Below are positions 37,441 through 48,503 of a stretch of 64,000 nucleotides of DNA, piece by piece (positions within the stretch are counted from its first letter, which is position 1; each line of letters begins with the position of its first letter). Under the pieces are notes generated by a model, which was not told the DNA's origin, did no database searches, and saw only the letters and a program-made list of their open reading frames with translations. A program made the position numbers and the translations under genes. Source of the stretch: Bdellovibrionota bacterium FG-1 (GTDB lineage: Bacteria > Bdellovibrionota > UBA1018); the NCBI GenBank assembly GCA_051382295.1, contig JBBCAW010000062.1, positions 1 to 64,000 of the forward strand, read 5' to 3'.

Positions 37441-40380
37441 ATGAAATCCCGTTTTAATAGCCCGCTCATCTTCATCAGCCTAGCCAGCTTGCTCTCACTC
37501 AGTCTGCAGGGCTGTGGCAGCTCAAAAAGTTCGGACACCCCGGCTCTCTCTGATAGCTCGTCACCCACCCCCGCTAGCCAAGCTCAATCCGCCGAAAGTG
37601 CAAAATCAGCCTGGAAAATGCCGGACGAAACCTCTGACTCAGCCAAATTGTCTTCTAACACACGTTCGCTGATCACCGCCCTCTCTTCGGATGCCAACAT
37701 CAACCGATTTTCTCCTCCAGCCTACGTCATGGCCAGCCGCTACGTTAAAGAACTCGCCATTCGCGAAGGACAAGACGGTGGATTCTCAGGGGAACAGGCC
37801 TTTCAGCAACTTATCCCCACCTCGTCCGATCCATCCACCAGTCTCCAAACCATTCAAACGAAGCAAGCCGATGCCAAATTTGCCATGCAGCTCCCGATCG
37901 TCATGTCGGCTAATCAAAGCGATGAACTCAGATCATTAGTACTCCAACCCGATCGGAATGGAGCCGCCTTCAAGCCCTTTAGCACGATTGACAGGCTCGC
38001 CCTCGGCGCCGCGGCCGAAGCATCCCGCCTAGGCGTAGCCGAAGTGATTCAAGAATGGAGTACGTATGCCGAAGGCTTAGCGAAATCCTTCTTGGCCACC
38101 CGGCTTCAAGAGCTATCAGGGTCGGAACTACAGCAGTGGGAATCCTTTCTTCAAACTCCACCTGACCAAGTCGAACCAATCCTGAGTCACCAAGTTCAAA
38201 AATGGGTCGACGAAATACCCGTCACCATGGATAATCCGGAGCGGGTAAAGCCCGTCAAAGCCGCCATCTTTAACTACCTTTTCAAGGCCTCACTCGAACA
38301 AATTCGCTCGCAGCAAACCTTGCAAGATTTTATCAAGGCCCAGGGCAACTCAAATACGAATGAAATATCCCACCAATTAGCCGGGATTGCTAAAACATTT
38401 GTGGAATTTTCAGATGTTTCCCAGGAACACTTAAATTCGATTAAAAAACAGCAAACCGAAATTCAAGCCGGCTTAAAAAAACTAGAAGAAGAAGCTGCGA
38501 CCGAAGCCAAGAGAAGTGAAACATCCACACCAGAAGAGAAAAATGAGGCCCTCTCGATTTCCGGCGCCACCGGTTTTTTAAATCAATTTTTATCGGGGCA
38601 AAAGACCCTCCAAGAAATGGAGGACTATCTCACAAGTCAAAAATTTAAAAAGATGCCCAAAGATCTGGAAAATAAGATTGAAGAAAAAATTAACCTCATC
38701 AGTAAAGCAAAGGGCGTAGAAGCCAAAGTCGGAAACCTCTTGAACGGCGCTGAAGACCTAGTCAACATTGCAAAAACGTTTGGTTTGCCCGAAAATATTA
38801 CCCAAATGGCACAAAAAGGCATTGACCTTGGCAATCAGGCTGCAACCGCCGTCCAATCGATTCTTGAAGGAAATATGATCAAGGCCGCCGGATCGGTTCT
38901 CGGAATGCTGGGCATAGGTGGACCTGACATCGCACAACAAAGACAAGAGCAGGTCATGAAAGGACTGGGCGCAATTCAAAATGGCCAAAAAGAAATCCTG
39001 AACGGCGAAAAGACCCTTGCCCTCGGGGAAAACATGATTATGAGCAGCCAACAGGAGCTCCTCGAATACAATAAGACCATTCTTGATAATCAAAAATCGA
39101 TCATTCAAAACCAAAAGGCCACGTTTGAGGGCCTCCAACAGCTCTCAATCCAAGCCGATGAAGGATTCAACAAGATTCAAACCAGTTTGGATGCTCTGCA
39201 TATCGACGTCAAAACGCTTATTGAACTTGTTGAAAATCTGTCCAAAGTAGAAATTGTCAAATGCGACGCGTTTTTTGATGCTCGAAAAAAGGTCAGCCAC
39301 GGCTATGATGAACAACTGTCGCTCTTTGTCTCTTTTGGGGGCTTCGAGGAACATTTCAACCACAATCTGGACGAATTCAATAAATGTAATAGTGGTTTGA
39401 CTTCATTTATCAACACTCCAAACTGGGCTTCGAATTTTCTAAAATTGAGTAGGGTTGATGAAACCAAGAATCAAGAACTGCTAAAAAAGGTCTATCGCCC
39501 CACGTTAGCGCTGATGAATCAATCCAGAACCGCTACGGACACCCTCAGTCAACTCAGCCTAATGATGCCCCCCCGAAATCTATCGAAATTGGTAGAAAAA
39601 GAACTCATTTTAGCAGCCGCAGAGAAACTCCCCTCAACCATGGCCGATAGCGTCTATAATCCCAGCCTTCTTGCAGAACCCTTAGTGGTCGAGGAAATTA
39701 TCAAGGATGTCCGCTCCTGGCTCTCCCTCTATTTCTACTCCGATTTTTCACCGATTGCAGGACAGGGCCTATCCGACCTCAACCAACTGCTTCAGGCGCG
39801 ACCCACTGAGTTCTTAAACTCACGCTCCCAAAGCATGTTCAGTAATGCCCTTAAGCTGGTTAATTTAGGCATCGCTCAAGAATCGATCATCAGTGGCGAC
39901 AACTTAGTGGATCAGCTCTACAGAAGATTTCCCGTCAATCAAGCGGTCGACTGTTCAGATCCGGCTGGAAAAAACTGGGAAAAACCCCTTTGTGTGCTCG
40001 AGCATAATAGCTATCTTGCTGAAAACCTGGTCAAATACGGAATCAAGCAAGATCTCGAGAAAAGTGGATCCAACTTGCTGATCTACGATTACGCCAAAGC
40101 CATGCAACTTGACGCCAGCACGCTCAGATCCATCACCAGCAATCACTGGAACTTCGTCCGAGACGGTGACCATTGGGCCGTAGCCTTTGGCAAACACAAC
40201 GTGAAACTTCCAAGCTCAATCGAGCTTCAAGATGATCAAGTGGTTTATCGCGCTCAAATGAGCGAGCTACTTAGCCTTCGAGACCAACTCACCGCAGTCA
40301 TGCTCGAAGTAAATACCCAACCTTGGCTGAGCCAAGACCTCAAGAGAGATTTATATTACCTTCTTCTGAAATCTCTCTAA
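37441..40380 (+). CDS. Large lipoprotein of unknown function with coiled-coil/heptad central region
   Basis: Lipobox LQG|C; AAGGAG SD; 979 aa. Confidence 0.8.
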   Translation: MKSRFNSPLIFISLASLLSLSLQGCGSSKSSDTPALSDSSSPTPASQAQSAESAKSAWKMPDETSDSAKLSSNTRSLITALSSDANINRFSPPAYVMASRYVKELAIREGQDGGFSGEQAFQQLIPTSSDPSTSLQTIQTKQADAKFAMQLPIVMSANQSDELRSLVLQPDRNGAAFKPFSTIDRLALGAAAEASRLGVAEVIQEWSTYAEGLAKSFLATRLQELSGSELQQWESFLQTPPDQVEPILSHQVQKWVDEIPVTMDNPERVKPVKAAIFNYLFKASLEQIRSQQTLQDFIKAQGNSNTNEISHQLAGIAKTFVEFSDVSQEHLNSIKKQQTEIQAGLKKLEEEAATEAKRSETSTPEEKNEALSISGATGFLNQFLSGQKTLQEMEDYLTSQKFKKMPKDLENKIEEKINLISKAKGVEAKVGNLLNGAEDLVNIAKTFGLPENITQMAQKGIDLGNQAATAVQSILEGNMIKAAGSVLGMLGIGGPDIAQQRQEQVMKGLGAIQNGQKEILNGEKTLALGENMIMSSQQELLEYNKTILDNQKSIIQNQKATFEGLQQLSIQADEGFNKIQTSLDALHIDVKTLIELVENLSKVEIVKCDAFFDARKKVSHGYDEQLSLFVSFGGFEEHFNHNLDEFNKCNSGLTSFINTPNWASNFLKLSRVDETKNQELLKKVYRPTLALMNQSRTATDTLSQLSLMMPPRNLSKLVEKELILAAAEKLPSTMADSVYNPSLLAEPLVVEEIIKDVRSWLSLYFYSDFSPIAGQGLSDLNQLLQARPTEFLNSRSQSMFSNALKLVNLGIAQESIISGDNLVDQLYRRFPVNQAVDCSDPAGKNWEKPLCVLEHNSYLAENLVKYGIKQDLEKSGSNLLIYDYAKAMQLDASTLRSITSNHWNFVRDGDHWAVAFGKHNVKLPSSIELQDDQVVYRAQMSELLSLRDQLTAVMLEVNTQPWLSQDLKRDLYYLLLKSL

Positions 40381-40386
40381 GGTTAT

Positions 40387-40437
40387 AAAAAGGCCTCTCT
40401 GAGTGTCGGGATACTCCAGAGAGGCCTTTATTTTTTT
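40387..40437. terminator. Bidirectional intrinsic terminator
   Basis: AAAGGCCTCTCTG...CAGAGAGGCCTTT plus T-tract between convergent genes. Confidence 0.85.
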
Positions 40438-40448
40438 AAAAAAATTAC

Positions 40449-42677
40449 TCAGGACAAGAACAACATCTCACGATACTTAGGCAGCGGCCAAAAATCATCA
40501 GCCACGATCGCCTCCAACTCATCACATACCGTACGTACGTCGAACATCGACTGGGCCACATCTTTTGCGAGATGTTTAGCCTTTTCCTCTTCGTTGGCAA
40601 GAGCCTCCGTCTTGTTCCAACTCGTTTCGAGTCCCAGGCGTTTGCCCTGGAGATCCATAATGAGCTTAGTCACCCGGCTGAGCGTATCGCTCTGAGGGGC
40701 CCCCACTCCCGCCCCTTTGGCCGAAACCACGTTCGAGGACAACAATCCATGATAGGCATAGCAACCCGGAAGAATTTGGGTGTCGATCATATGCCTCAGC
40801 GTATCCACCTCAATCTGCAGATTTTTAACATAACGCTCGGTACGCACGTGGAACCGCGAAACCACTTCAGCTTCGGTAAAAATGCCCAACCCAGTGAGCA
40901 AGGCCTTTGAGGTTTTGGTCACGATTTGTTCAAGCGCCTCAGGAGTCTTTCGAAGATTAGGTAACCCTCTCCTCTCAGCTTCTTTTACCCATTCCTCAGA
41001 GTAGCCATTGCCTTCGAACCGAATCGACTTGGTCTCAATCACGGCCTCTCTCAGGGCTTCCCAAATGGCCTGATCCTGATTTTTGGCCGTCTTCATTTTG
41101 GCCGTCAATTTTTCGGTCATCTCGATAAAACCATCCGCGACGGCCGCATTGACCAAGGTCACCGGAAAAGCCGTCGAAGCCGACGACCCTACCGCGCGAA
41201 ACTCAAACTTATTGCCCGTAAAAGCAAAGGGACTGGTCCGGTTTCGGTCCGTGTTGTCCTTCATCACTTCCGGAAGCTTGCTAATCCCTAGTTGAATCAC
41301 GGCTGCTTCAGTTCCCTTGGTACCGACTTGGCCTTTTTCAATTTCGTCCAGAATATGTGAAAGCATATCTCCTAAGAAGGCTGAAATAATCGCGGGAGGA
41401 GCCTCATTAGCACCCAAACGATGATCATTTCCACTACTGGCCACCCCAGCGCGCAACAAGCCCGCATGTTTGTGAACGCCTTTAAGCACGGCGGCCAAAC
41501 AAAGTAAAAAACGCAGGTTCTGGTGAGGTGTTTTTCCAGGTTCGAGTAGATTTTCGCCATCCCACTCATCGCCGGGAGCCGCAATGCTCATCGCCCAGTT
41601 ATTGTGCTTTCCGCTGCCGTTAATTCCGGCAAAAGGCTTTTCGTGCAACAACATCGAGAAATTATGCCTGAGCGATACCTTACGAAGAACTTCCATCGTC
41701 AGCTGATTATGGTCCGTAGCGATATTGGCCTCTTCGAAAATGGGCGCAGTTTCAAACTGATTAGGCGCCACTTCGTTATGACGTGTTTTGACGGGCACGC
41801 CTAACTTGTAAAGCTCATATTCTACTTCGGCCATGAAGGCCTGCACTCGGGCGGGAATGGCGCCAAAGTAATGATCCTCGAGCTGTTGACCTTTCGGAGG
41901 CTGACCGCCCACCAAAGTCCGTCCTCCCATCAAAAGGTCAGGGCGAAGACTCGCAAACGCACGATCGATCAAAAAATATTCTTGTTCGACCCCCAGAGTG
42001 GGCACAATCCTTTTAACGTGCTTTTCACCGATGAGATGGAGAAGTTCACATGCTTTCAACGAAAGAACGTCCATCGAACGAATAAGTCCCGTTTTTTCAT
42101 CGAGGGCATCACCATGGTAGCTGATAAAAACCGAAGGAATGCAGAGAGTCTTTCCGTTGGCGTGCTCCATAATGAATACGGGACTAGTGGGGTCCCAAGC
42201 CGTGTACCCACGCGCCTCAAAGGTGGTTCGCATTCCTCCTGACGGAAAACTCGACGCGTCCGGCTCAGATTGAATCAGCTGCGCGCCCGAAAATTTTTCG
42301 ATAGTTCGACCGTTGTCATCATAAGAAAAAAAGGCGTCATGCTTTTCAGCCGTCGTTCCGGTTTGTGGCTGAAACCAATGGGTATAGTGCGTGACCCCGC
42401 GAGCAAGGGCCCACTCTTTGATCGCATGAGCAACCGTGTTTGCGATTTCCTGGTCAAGCTTCATTCCCTCCTTCATCGTCGAAACAAGCTTGAGATAGAT
42501 TTCCTTAGGGAGCTTCTCCTTCATCTTATGGATGTCGAAGGTATTCACCCCGTAAAATTCAGATACTTTCAGTCTTTTGCCCTGCTCATCGCGAGGCGGA
42601 TCAAATTTCCGCGGCGTCCGTAAGTTCACTTCATGACTGGCGTTAAAACGAGCTTTTGCTCCGGTTCCCATGCTCAT
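40449..42677 (-). CDS. glnA: Glutamine synthetase type III
   Basis: THWFQP.TG.TAEKHD, EPDASSFPSGG, HEKPFAGINGSGKHNNW, DRNRTSPFAFTGNKFEFR. Confidence 0.95.
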   Translation of the reverse strand: MSMGTGAKARFNASHEVNLRTPRKFDPPRDEQGKRLKVSEFYGVNTFDIHKMKEKLPKEIYLKLVSTMKEGMKLDQEIANTVAHAIKEWALARGVTHYTHWFQPQTGTTAEKHDAFFSYDDNGRTIEKFSGAQLIQSEPDASSFPSGGMRTTFEARGYTAWDPTSPVFIMEHANGKTLCIPSVFISYHGDALDEKTGLIRSMDVLSLKACELLHLIGEKHVKRIVPTLGVEQEYFLIDRAFASLRPDLLMGGRTLVGGQPPKGQQLEDHYFGAIPARVQAFMAEVEYELYKLGVPVKTRHNEVAPNQFETAPIFEEANIATDHNQLTMEVLRKVSLRHNFSMLLHEKPFAGINGSGKHNNWAMSIAAPGDEWDGENLLEPGKTPHQNLRFLLCLAAVLKGVHKHAGLLRAGVASSGNDHRLGANEAPPAIISAFLGDMLSHILDEIEKGQVGTKGTEAAVIQLGISKLPEVMKDNTDRNRTSPFAFTGNKFEFRAVGSSASTAFPVTLVNAAVADGFIEMTEKLTAKMKTAKNQDQAIWEALREAVIETKSIRFEGNGYSEEWVKEAERRGLPNLRKTPEALEQIVTKTSKALLTGLGIFTEAEVVSRFHVRTERYVKNLQIEVDTLRHMIDTQILPGCYAYHGLLSSNVVSAKGAGVGAPQSDTLSRVTKLIMDLQGKRLGLETSWNKTEALANEEEKAKHLAKDVAQSMFDVRTVCDELEAIVADDFWPLPKYREMLFLS

Positions 42678-42765
42678 TGCGGGGTCTCCCTGATTTTGAT
42701 CGATTGAGAGAAAGAACCCAATGGCTTTCCCTACTACTATTTATAACGAGGTCTTTGAATCCGGG

Positions 42766-44700
42766 CTAGCTCTTTTGACAAATCTCGCGAACCAATCCTT
42801 GACCCTCGCTCACCCAACGAATCAATTCAGACCGAGCTTCTGCCTCCGAAACCGCCCCCGCCGAGGCGGCAAAGCGGACGGTTTCAGCATACTCAAGAAG
42901 TCTGGCAATTCGCTTCCAAACCGCCAACGACATACCGTACTCCTCGACCAAAATTTCCTGAAGCTGAGCCCTGGGCCTGGATCTCGCACTCACGGTATAA
43001 ACCTGATCAATCGCCTCGAACATCACGCCCACAAGAAGCTCATAGGTCTGAACGACCTCCTGCCAAGAAGCACCTTCGACCGCCGAACGCGCGTTGCGCG
43101 AAAGCCTTTCCCAGCTTCGCGACTGAATTTTGGCGCGTGAAAGGGACCGTTCGGCCAGAATCATTCGGCTCCGTTTAATCCAGTCATAGGCAATGACGCC
43201 GGCCAAACCGAAAACCACTAAGCTAAACAACCAGTAAATCCATCTCCACGCAGGGAAGTCTCTTCTTCCACCGACAAGTTCGGGAGGCTTGAGTCCAAAA
43301 ATAACCGGTTTCTGCTCAGTCTCCGAGGACGTCAAGGCCTTGACTCCGCCTGGCGTTTGAATGCGGGCCGGACCAGACCCAGGAGATCCCTCCGCCACGC
43401 GAATTGTAATCGGCTCTGTCGATCGAGTTACATACGATTTTTTTGCCGGATCAAAATAGCTAAATTCGAGCGGCGGAAGTATTACCTGACCGGCAACACG
43501 CGGGATCAAAACAAATTCAAACACCTTTTCGCCCACGCCCTGCCGCCCGGCCTTAGCCACTCCTTTAGAATCATAGAGCTCGACCTGATCAGGCCATTTG
43601 GCTTTGGGCTCTCCCACTGCGGCTAAATTGCCACGGCCTTCGACCTTAAATGTCAGGGTCAAAGCCTCATTAGCTTTCACATCGTATTTATCCACAGCCG
43701 AGGAAATCGTAAAATCGCCGACCCCCCCGGTAAATGAATTCGGCTTCCCCTGCTCGGGGAGCGCCTCAACGTCAATACTGAGCATCTCACTGCGATCTGA
43801 ACCCTGCTGGGGATTCATTTGACGAAAAAACCCCATAAAAGGATCTTCCTCATCTAGCGAGTTGCTAGTGCCATAATAATTGTACTTGAGTGCGGCTGAA
43901 TCAATTTTGAGCTTCCCATCCTGTAAGGGATACGCTGCATATCTCATCAATAAAGACCGCTCATAGGGAGCCCCATCCAAGATGACCCGCTCAGTGTCTA
44001 TCCGCTGCCCTAATACAGGCATTTCAAGATCTTCGCGCAGAAATCCACTGAGCACCGGAAACTTTTCAACCTGAATATTGAAGACGCGAACACGGCGATA
44101 CAGATAATAACTCACAATGACCTGTTCACCCTTGAAAACACGATCTTTGCTCACTTCCGCGCGCACCTTCACCGAAGGGCCAGAGGAAGTCCGCTTTACC
44201 GCACCACGCAGGCCGATTCCGCCGCCCCCGTATCCTCGTGGAGGAGGCGTCGCGGCTCCCGAGCCCACAACCTGAACCACCAAATCGGCGGCCGAATAGG
44301 TCTTACCATTCACAACCGCACTGATCGAAGTAATTCTCAGATTACCAGTCTTGTTCGGCTTAAGAATCTTGGTCAGCTGTTGGGTATTCTTCATGCCAAA
44401 ACGCCCGGTTGTCCCATCGTAGTACGAACTCACACTCGACCCCGAATACTCGTTCACGACATCAAAGTCAGGGGCCTTAAAATGAACATCCCCCATGCGC
44501 ATCGTCCCCTCCAATAAAAGGGTCAACTTCACTGAAACGGATTCATCGATCGAAATCTGCTCCCGATCGAGCTGGGCCGAAAACTCCACCTCGGCCGCAA
44601 AACTTGGGGCCACAGGAAGAACAAGCAACCAAATCATCGCCCAGATTTTCAGCACTTTTTCACCAATCCTTGGCATTTTCCTGCGCTTCCGGTTTTCCAT
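42766..44700 (-). CDS. batD: BatD-family protein
   Basis: Signal peptide, Ig-like repeats, GGVGDF, FSYFDP, C-terminal TM; operon context. Start may be 44676. Confidence 0.8.
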   Translation of the reverse strand: MENRKRRKMPRIGEKVLKIWAMIWLLVLPVAPSFAAEVEFSAQLDREQISIDESVSVKLTLLLEGTMRMGDVHFKAPDFDVVNEYSGSSVSSYYDGTTGRFGMKNTQQLTKILKPNKTGNLRITSISAVVNGKTYSAADLVVQVVGSGAATPPPRGYGGGGIGLRGAVKRTSSGPSVKVRAEVSKDRVFKGEQVIVSYYLYRRVRVFNIQVEKFPVLSGFLREDLEMPVLGQRIDTERVILDGAPYERSLLMRYAAYPLQDGKLKIDSAALKYNYYGTSNSLDEEDPFMGFFRQMNPQQGSDRSEMLSIDVEALPEQGKPNSFTGGVGDFTISSAVDKYDVKANEALTLTFKVEGRGNLAAVGEPKAKWPDQVELYDSKGVAKAGRQGVGEKVFEFVLIPRVAGQVILPPLEFSYFDPAKKSYVTRSTEPITIRVAEGSPGSGPARIQTPGGVKALTSSETEQKPVIFGLKPPELVGGRRDFPAWRWIYWLFSLVVFGLAGVIAYDWIKRSRMILAERSLSRAKIQSRSWERLSRNARSAVEGASWQEVVQTYELLVGVMFEAIDQVYTVSARSRPRAQLQEILVEEYGMSLAVWKRIARLLEYAETVRFAASAGAVSEAEARSELIRWVSEGQGLVREICQKS

Positions 44701-46507
44701 TTTGCTTTTTTACTTTAGCTTGAAGTTCACGTTCACGATTCGACAGTTCGGCCATCACGCGTTCAGCATCCTCGGGAGACAACGTCTTAGATTTGAACTG
44801 GCGTTTGCCAGACTTTGAAGGATCTGCAAACTTTTTGTCTTTGTCCTGTTTTCCCTCATCCTGCTTATCTTTCTTGTCTTTATCTTTATCTTTATCTTTA
44901 TCCTGCTTTTGCTGATCCTGCTTTTTTTCGTCTTGTTTCTCTTTGTCTTGTTTTTGCTGCTCCTCCTTTTTCTGCTGTTGGCGCTTTTGAATGAGTAGCT
45001 CAAGATTTTTGCGAATATCTGTTTCTAAATCAGAATCCTTGCTTCGCCGTGCCGAGTCGATCGATCCCAAGTAAGAACGAACAGCCCCAGGAATATCGCC
45101 CTTTTTCGCTAAGACGCCTCCGAGGTTAAAGAGCGCTTGAGCTTCTATTCCAGCGTTTCCTCGCTCCTTCGCCTTTTTGGCGGCATCATCAAAGGCCTGA
45201 ATAGCGCCATCGACCGCGCCCTGTCCCATTTGCACCACACCTTGATTAAACTGGAGCTCGGGCAACTCGGGATCAGTCGCCTGAGCGGTCCCAAAGTTTT
45301 TTTGAGCCTCGCCCAGCTTTCCCTCCTTAAAGTCCTTGAGTCCCTTCTCGTTGTTTAAATAAGCATTCAGGGATGACGAATGGTCTGTCAGCGAAAACGC
45401 AAAGCTATTGGGAGAGGAAACAGCCAATAACGCCCCTAAAAAAACAGCCGCAAGACGCCGCATTCTTCGAACAGGCAACGAAAGCTCAAGAATGAGTAAA
45501 ATGACCGCAATTGCCAAAGGCCACTGAAACCGTTCTTCGTAGACGACATAACGACGCTCAGCGTACTCACTTCTATTGAGGGCGCCCATATCCCGAAGCA
45601 TTTCTTCGAGTTCGGACTCATCGGCGGTAATATTCCAATACCTTCCGCCGGCGGCTTGAGCGACACCCATGAGCGCATCCGGATGAAAACTCGTCACAAT
45701 CGGCTGCCCACGACGGTCTTTTTTATAGCCCACCAGGTTGCCGCCCTCATCACGAATAGGAATAGGGCCACCTTTTTCAGTTCCCACACCCAGCACATAC
45801 AGTTTAATTCCAGAGCCCTTAAGCAGCTGAGCAGCCGCAAGGGCGCCTTCCTCCTGATCCTCACCATCCGACACCAGGACGACCACGTGCGAGGCAGGGC
45901 GAGAGCCCCCCTCTGACGCTTGACCCGCTGGCCCTTTTGAAACCTCTTCCGCTCCGCGTTCGAGCGCCCTGCGCGCGGTATCCAGACCAATTCCAACGTC
46001 CGTGCCTTGATGGGTCACCATCTTGCTGCTCATGATCTGCAGCATCTCGACAAAATAATCGACATCCGTGGTCAGAGGGCAGGCTACATACGAACTTGCG
46101 GCAAAAGCCACCATTCCCAATCGATCCCCCCGAACTCGGTCTGCCAAAGTCTTGATCAAGTGACGAGCTTTTTTTGTTCGACTCGGAACAACGTCCTCAG
46201 CCTCCATACTATTAGAGACATCAAAAACAACCATGATATCCAGGCCGGAAGTTTTGACCGTTTCTTCATGACTTCCCCATTGCGGGCGCGCCAAGGCTAA
46301 AACCAAAAAAATAAAAACTGCGAGCCAAACCCATACCTTGCGCACTCGGGCTAAAGGCTCCCAATCTGGAACAAGAGCGCGCCACACGGCTCGATCGGCG
46401 AATCGAGAAAACCGTTGTTGCCGATAAGACTCATCACGCAAAGCAAGCCATAAAAGGGGGATCCCCGCCGCCAGAAGCCATAGCCATTGAGGCGCTTGAA
46501 ACTTCAT
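44660..46507 (-). CDS. batB: BatB-BatC fusion (vWA + TPR + K/Q/D-rich tail)
   Basis: LARPQWG, DVSNSM MIDAS, SDGED, TPR segments. Confidence 0.8.
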   Translation of the reverse strand: MKFQAPQWLWLLAAGIPLLWLALRDESYRQQRFSRFADRAVWRALVPDWEPLARVRKVWVWLAVFIFLVLALARPQWGSHEETVKTSGLDIMVVFDVSNSMEAEDVVPSRTKKARHLIKTLADRVRGDRLGMVAFAASSYVACPLTTDVDYFVEMLQIMSSKMVTHQGTDVGIGLDTARRALERGAEEVSKGPAGQASEGGSRPASHVVVLVSDGEDQEEGALAAAQLLKGSGIKLYVLGVGTEKGGPIPIRDEGGNLVGYKKDRRGQPIVTSFHPDALMGVAQAAGGRYWNITADESELEEMLRDMGALNRSEYAERRYVVYEERFQWPLAIAVILLILELSLPVRRMRRLAAVFLGALLAVSSPNSFAFSLTDHSSSLNAYLNNEKGLKDFKEGKLGEAQKNFGTAQATDPELPELQFNQGVVQMGQGAVDGAIQAFDDAAKKAKERGNAGIEAQALFNLGGVLAKKGDIPGAVRSYLGSIDSARRSKDSDLETDIRKNLELLIQKRQQQKKEEQQKQDKEKQDEKKQDQQKQDKDKDKDKDKKDKQDEGKQDKDKKFADPSKSGKRQFKSKTLSPEDAERVMAELSNRERELQAKVKKQNGKPEAQENAKDW

Positions 46508-47487
46508 AGAAGCACCCTCCACCAAACTCGCTCAAGGAGCTGCCCAAGAAACAGTAAAAAAAGGCCAAGTTTCAACGGCTTTTGAAACACATCATCATAC
46601 TTAACTTTTTCAGTGGCTTTGACCTCAGTTTTTTCAAGCTGGTCGATTTCTTTAAAGACGCTTTCGAGCGTGTCGTAATCCGTCACTCGATAAAATTTTC
46701 CATTGGTTTTTTCTGCAATCTGTTTAAGAAGTTCCGGGTTCAAGGCATTTTCAAACCACTGATAACTGGTCACCGGATTTCCTAAGAGTCCACGATGACG
46801 AATCGGCATCTTCACTCGTCCTTCTTTGCCAATCGCAATCGTATAGACCCGAATACCATATCCTGCCGCAAGCTCTCCTGCGGTCGCTGGGTCCACTTGT
46901 CCCAAATTATTATCGCCGTCGGTGAGCAGCACAATCACCTTGCTCTTAGCTGTCGAATTGCGCAATCGACTGATGGCCACCGACAAACCATCGCCGATCG
47001 CCGTGCCATCCTTAAGAACCCCCAGCTGGGCGTCGTGCAATGCCCGAAGAACAAGCCCATAATCCAAGGTGGGCGGCGCCAAGGTCAGTGGCTCGCCACT
47101 AAAAATGACCAATCCAATTCGATCGTTACTTCGTCCCTTGATGAAATTTTCCATCATTTCTTTGGCAATCTCAACGCGGGAACGATCAGCCAAATCCTCA
47201 ATACTCATACTGGCCGAAAAATCCATCAGCATCACAATGTCAATGCCATTCACATTGCGCTCAGTCTGACGATAGCTCGTTTGAGGCCGCGCCAAAGCTA
47301 TAATCAAAAAAAATAACGCTAAATACTTAATGACTAATAAAATTTTAAGCGGACTTTTCCGTGCCGCTTCAGCCGGAATCGGAATTGAAAAAGTCACTTT
47401 GGCTGGCGTATTGCGTGCCAGCCACCATCGATGGAGCAATGGAATCAGAGTCAGTAATATCAGAAAAGGCCAATGCGCCAACCTCAT
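46504..47487 (-). CDS. batA: BatA vWA-domain protein
   Basis: LARPQ, DFSASM, GTAIGDG, LLTDGDNN. Confidence 0.88.
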   Translation of the reverse strand: MRLAHWPFLILLTLIPLLHRWWLARNTPAKVTFSIPIPAEAARKSPLKILLVIKYLALFFLIIALARPQTSYRQTERNVNGIDIVMLMDFSASMSIEDLADRSRVEIAKEMMENFIKGRSNDRIGLVIFSGEPLTLAPPTLDYGLVLRALHDAQLGVLKDGTAIGDGLSVAISRLRNSTAKSKVIVLLTDGDNNLGQVDPATAGELAAGYGIRVYTIAIGKEGRVKMPIRHRGLLGNPVTSYQWFENALNPELLKQIAEKTNGKFYRVTDYDTLESVFKEIDQLEKTEVKATEKVKYDDVFQKPLKLGLFLLFLGQLLERVWWRVLL

Positions 47488-48503
47488 GACAGGGGCCCCC
47501 CCGGTGGGGCAGACTTGATGCGCGTGATGATCACAAATTCACGGGCCTCTCCCAGCAAACGAGCGCCCTCGTCCGGAATCGGAATATGGTCGGTAAATTT
47601 AACGAGATCGAGTTTTCCAAAAAGCAAATCTAACCGATCCAAGGAATCATCGACTATCGTGTGCCGCTGCTCTAATGCGATAATAATTTCACGACTAGTG
47701 GACTCCACCGCATCAATCCGAAACCGTTCTGCAAGGTACACCTTAAGAATTTCGGACACTCTAAAGTAATGACCTTTGAAGTCGCCCCTTTTGAGCGGCC
47801 CCGTTCGTTCGAGTTCTGCCAGAGCCGCCAGCGCCACCTCATCGGCGGGACGCACCGGTTCGGGAGGCCTAGCAGGCGCAGGTTTTTGCTTAGCCCGCGA
47901 AAATCTGCGATAAACTAACACAGCCAAGACAACCAGAACAGCCAGCAATAAAATCAAAGCCCCCACAACCCACCAAGGAAAGCGCAAGCCCAGTGGAGGC
48001 CGCAAGCCCACCGGTTCTTGCGCCTTGGGATCATCCGCCTTGATCGATGATTCTACATCCATCACTAAGGGATTAGTCCTGGCAAAAGCTTTATCCAACG
48101 GCTCCCCTTCTTTGAGGATTACCATCGAAGGAATCGTGAGCTTCCCGCCCTTAAGTGGAGTCACTTTTAACCGTAGTTCTCCGGGAGACTGATTGGCGGA
48201 AGCATCCCCGTCCCGCGCGACGTCCCATCCTAAATCCATCAACGACTCAGAACCAGACGGAGGCTGAACAGTCATCCCCGGGTTAAGGCCAGGACCGCGC
48301 AAGCTCATCAGCAAAGAATCCCCAACCCGAATTTTAGAAGAGCCGGGTGAAGGACTTGGCTGTGGAATAGAGACCCGTTCAAGATCATAGGCTGGGAGAC
48401 TTAAAAAGGCCGGATCAGAATCCCCCGCCATTGCATTGGGCGTGAGCATGACCCCATAAAGCACCCAAAGGACTAATAGGAATCTCAAAATAAAAAATCT
48501 CAT
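47484..48503 (-). CDS. Bat-operon membrane protein (DUF4381-like)
   Basis: Signal peptide, TM helix, AVESTSRE, DLVKF; operon position. Confidence 0.7.
   Translation of the reverse strand: MRFFILRFLLVLWVLYGVMLTPNAMAGDSDPAFLSLPAYDLERVSIPQPSPSPGSSKIRVGDSLLMSLRGPGLNPGMTVQPPSGSESLMDLGWDVARDGDASANQSPGELRLKVTPLKGGKLTIPSMVILKEGEPLDKAFARTNPLVMDVESSIKADDPKAQEPVGLRPPLGLRFPWWVVGALILLLAVLVVLAVLVYRRFSRAKQKPAPARPPEPVRPADEVALAALAELERTGPLKRGDFKGHYFRVSEILKVYLAERFRIDAVESTSREIIIALEQRHTIVDDSLDRLDLLFGKLDLVKFTDHIPIPDEGARLLGEAREFVIITRIKSAPPGGPLS

Noticed and set aside
44840..44990. Low-complexity repeats (TCTTTA)n
   Set aside because: They encode the ordinary K/D/Q-rich BatC linker.
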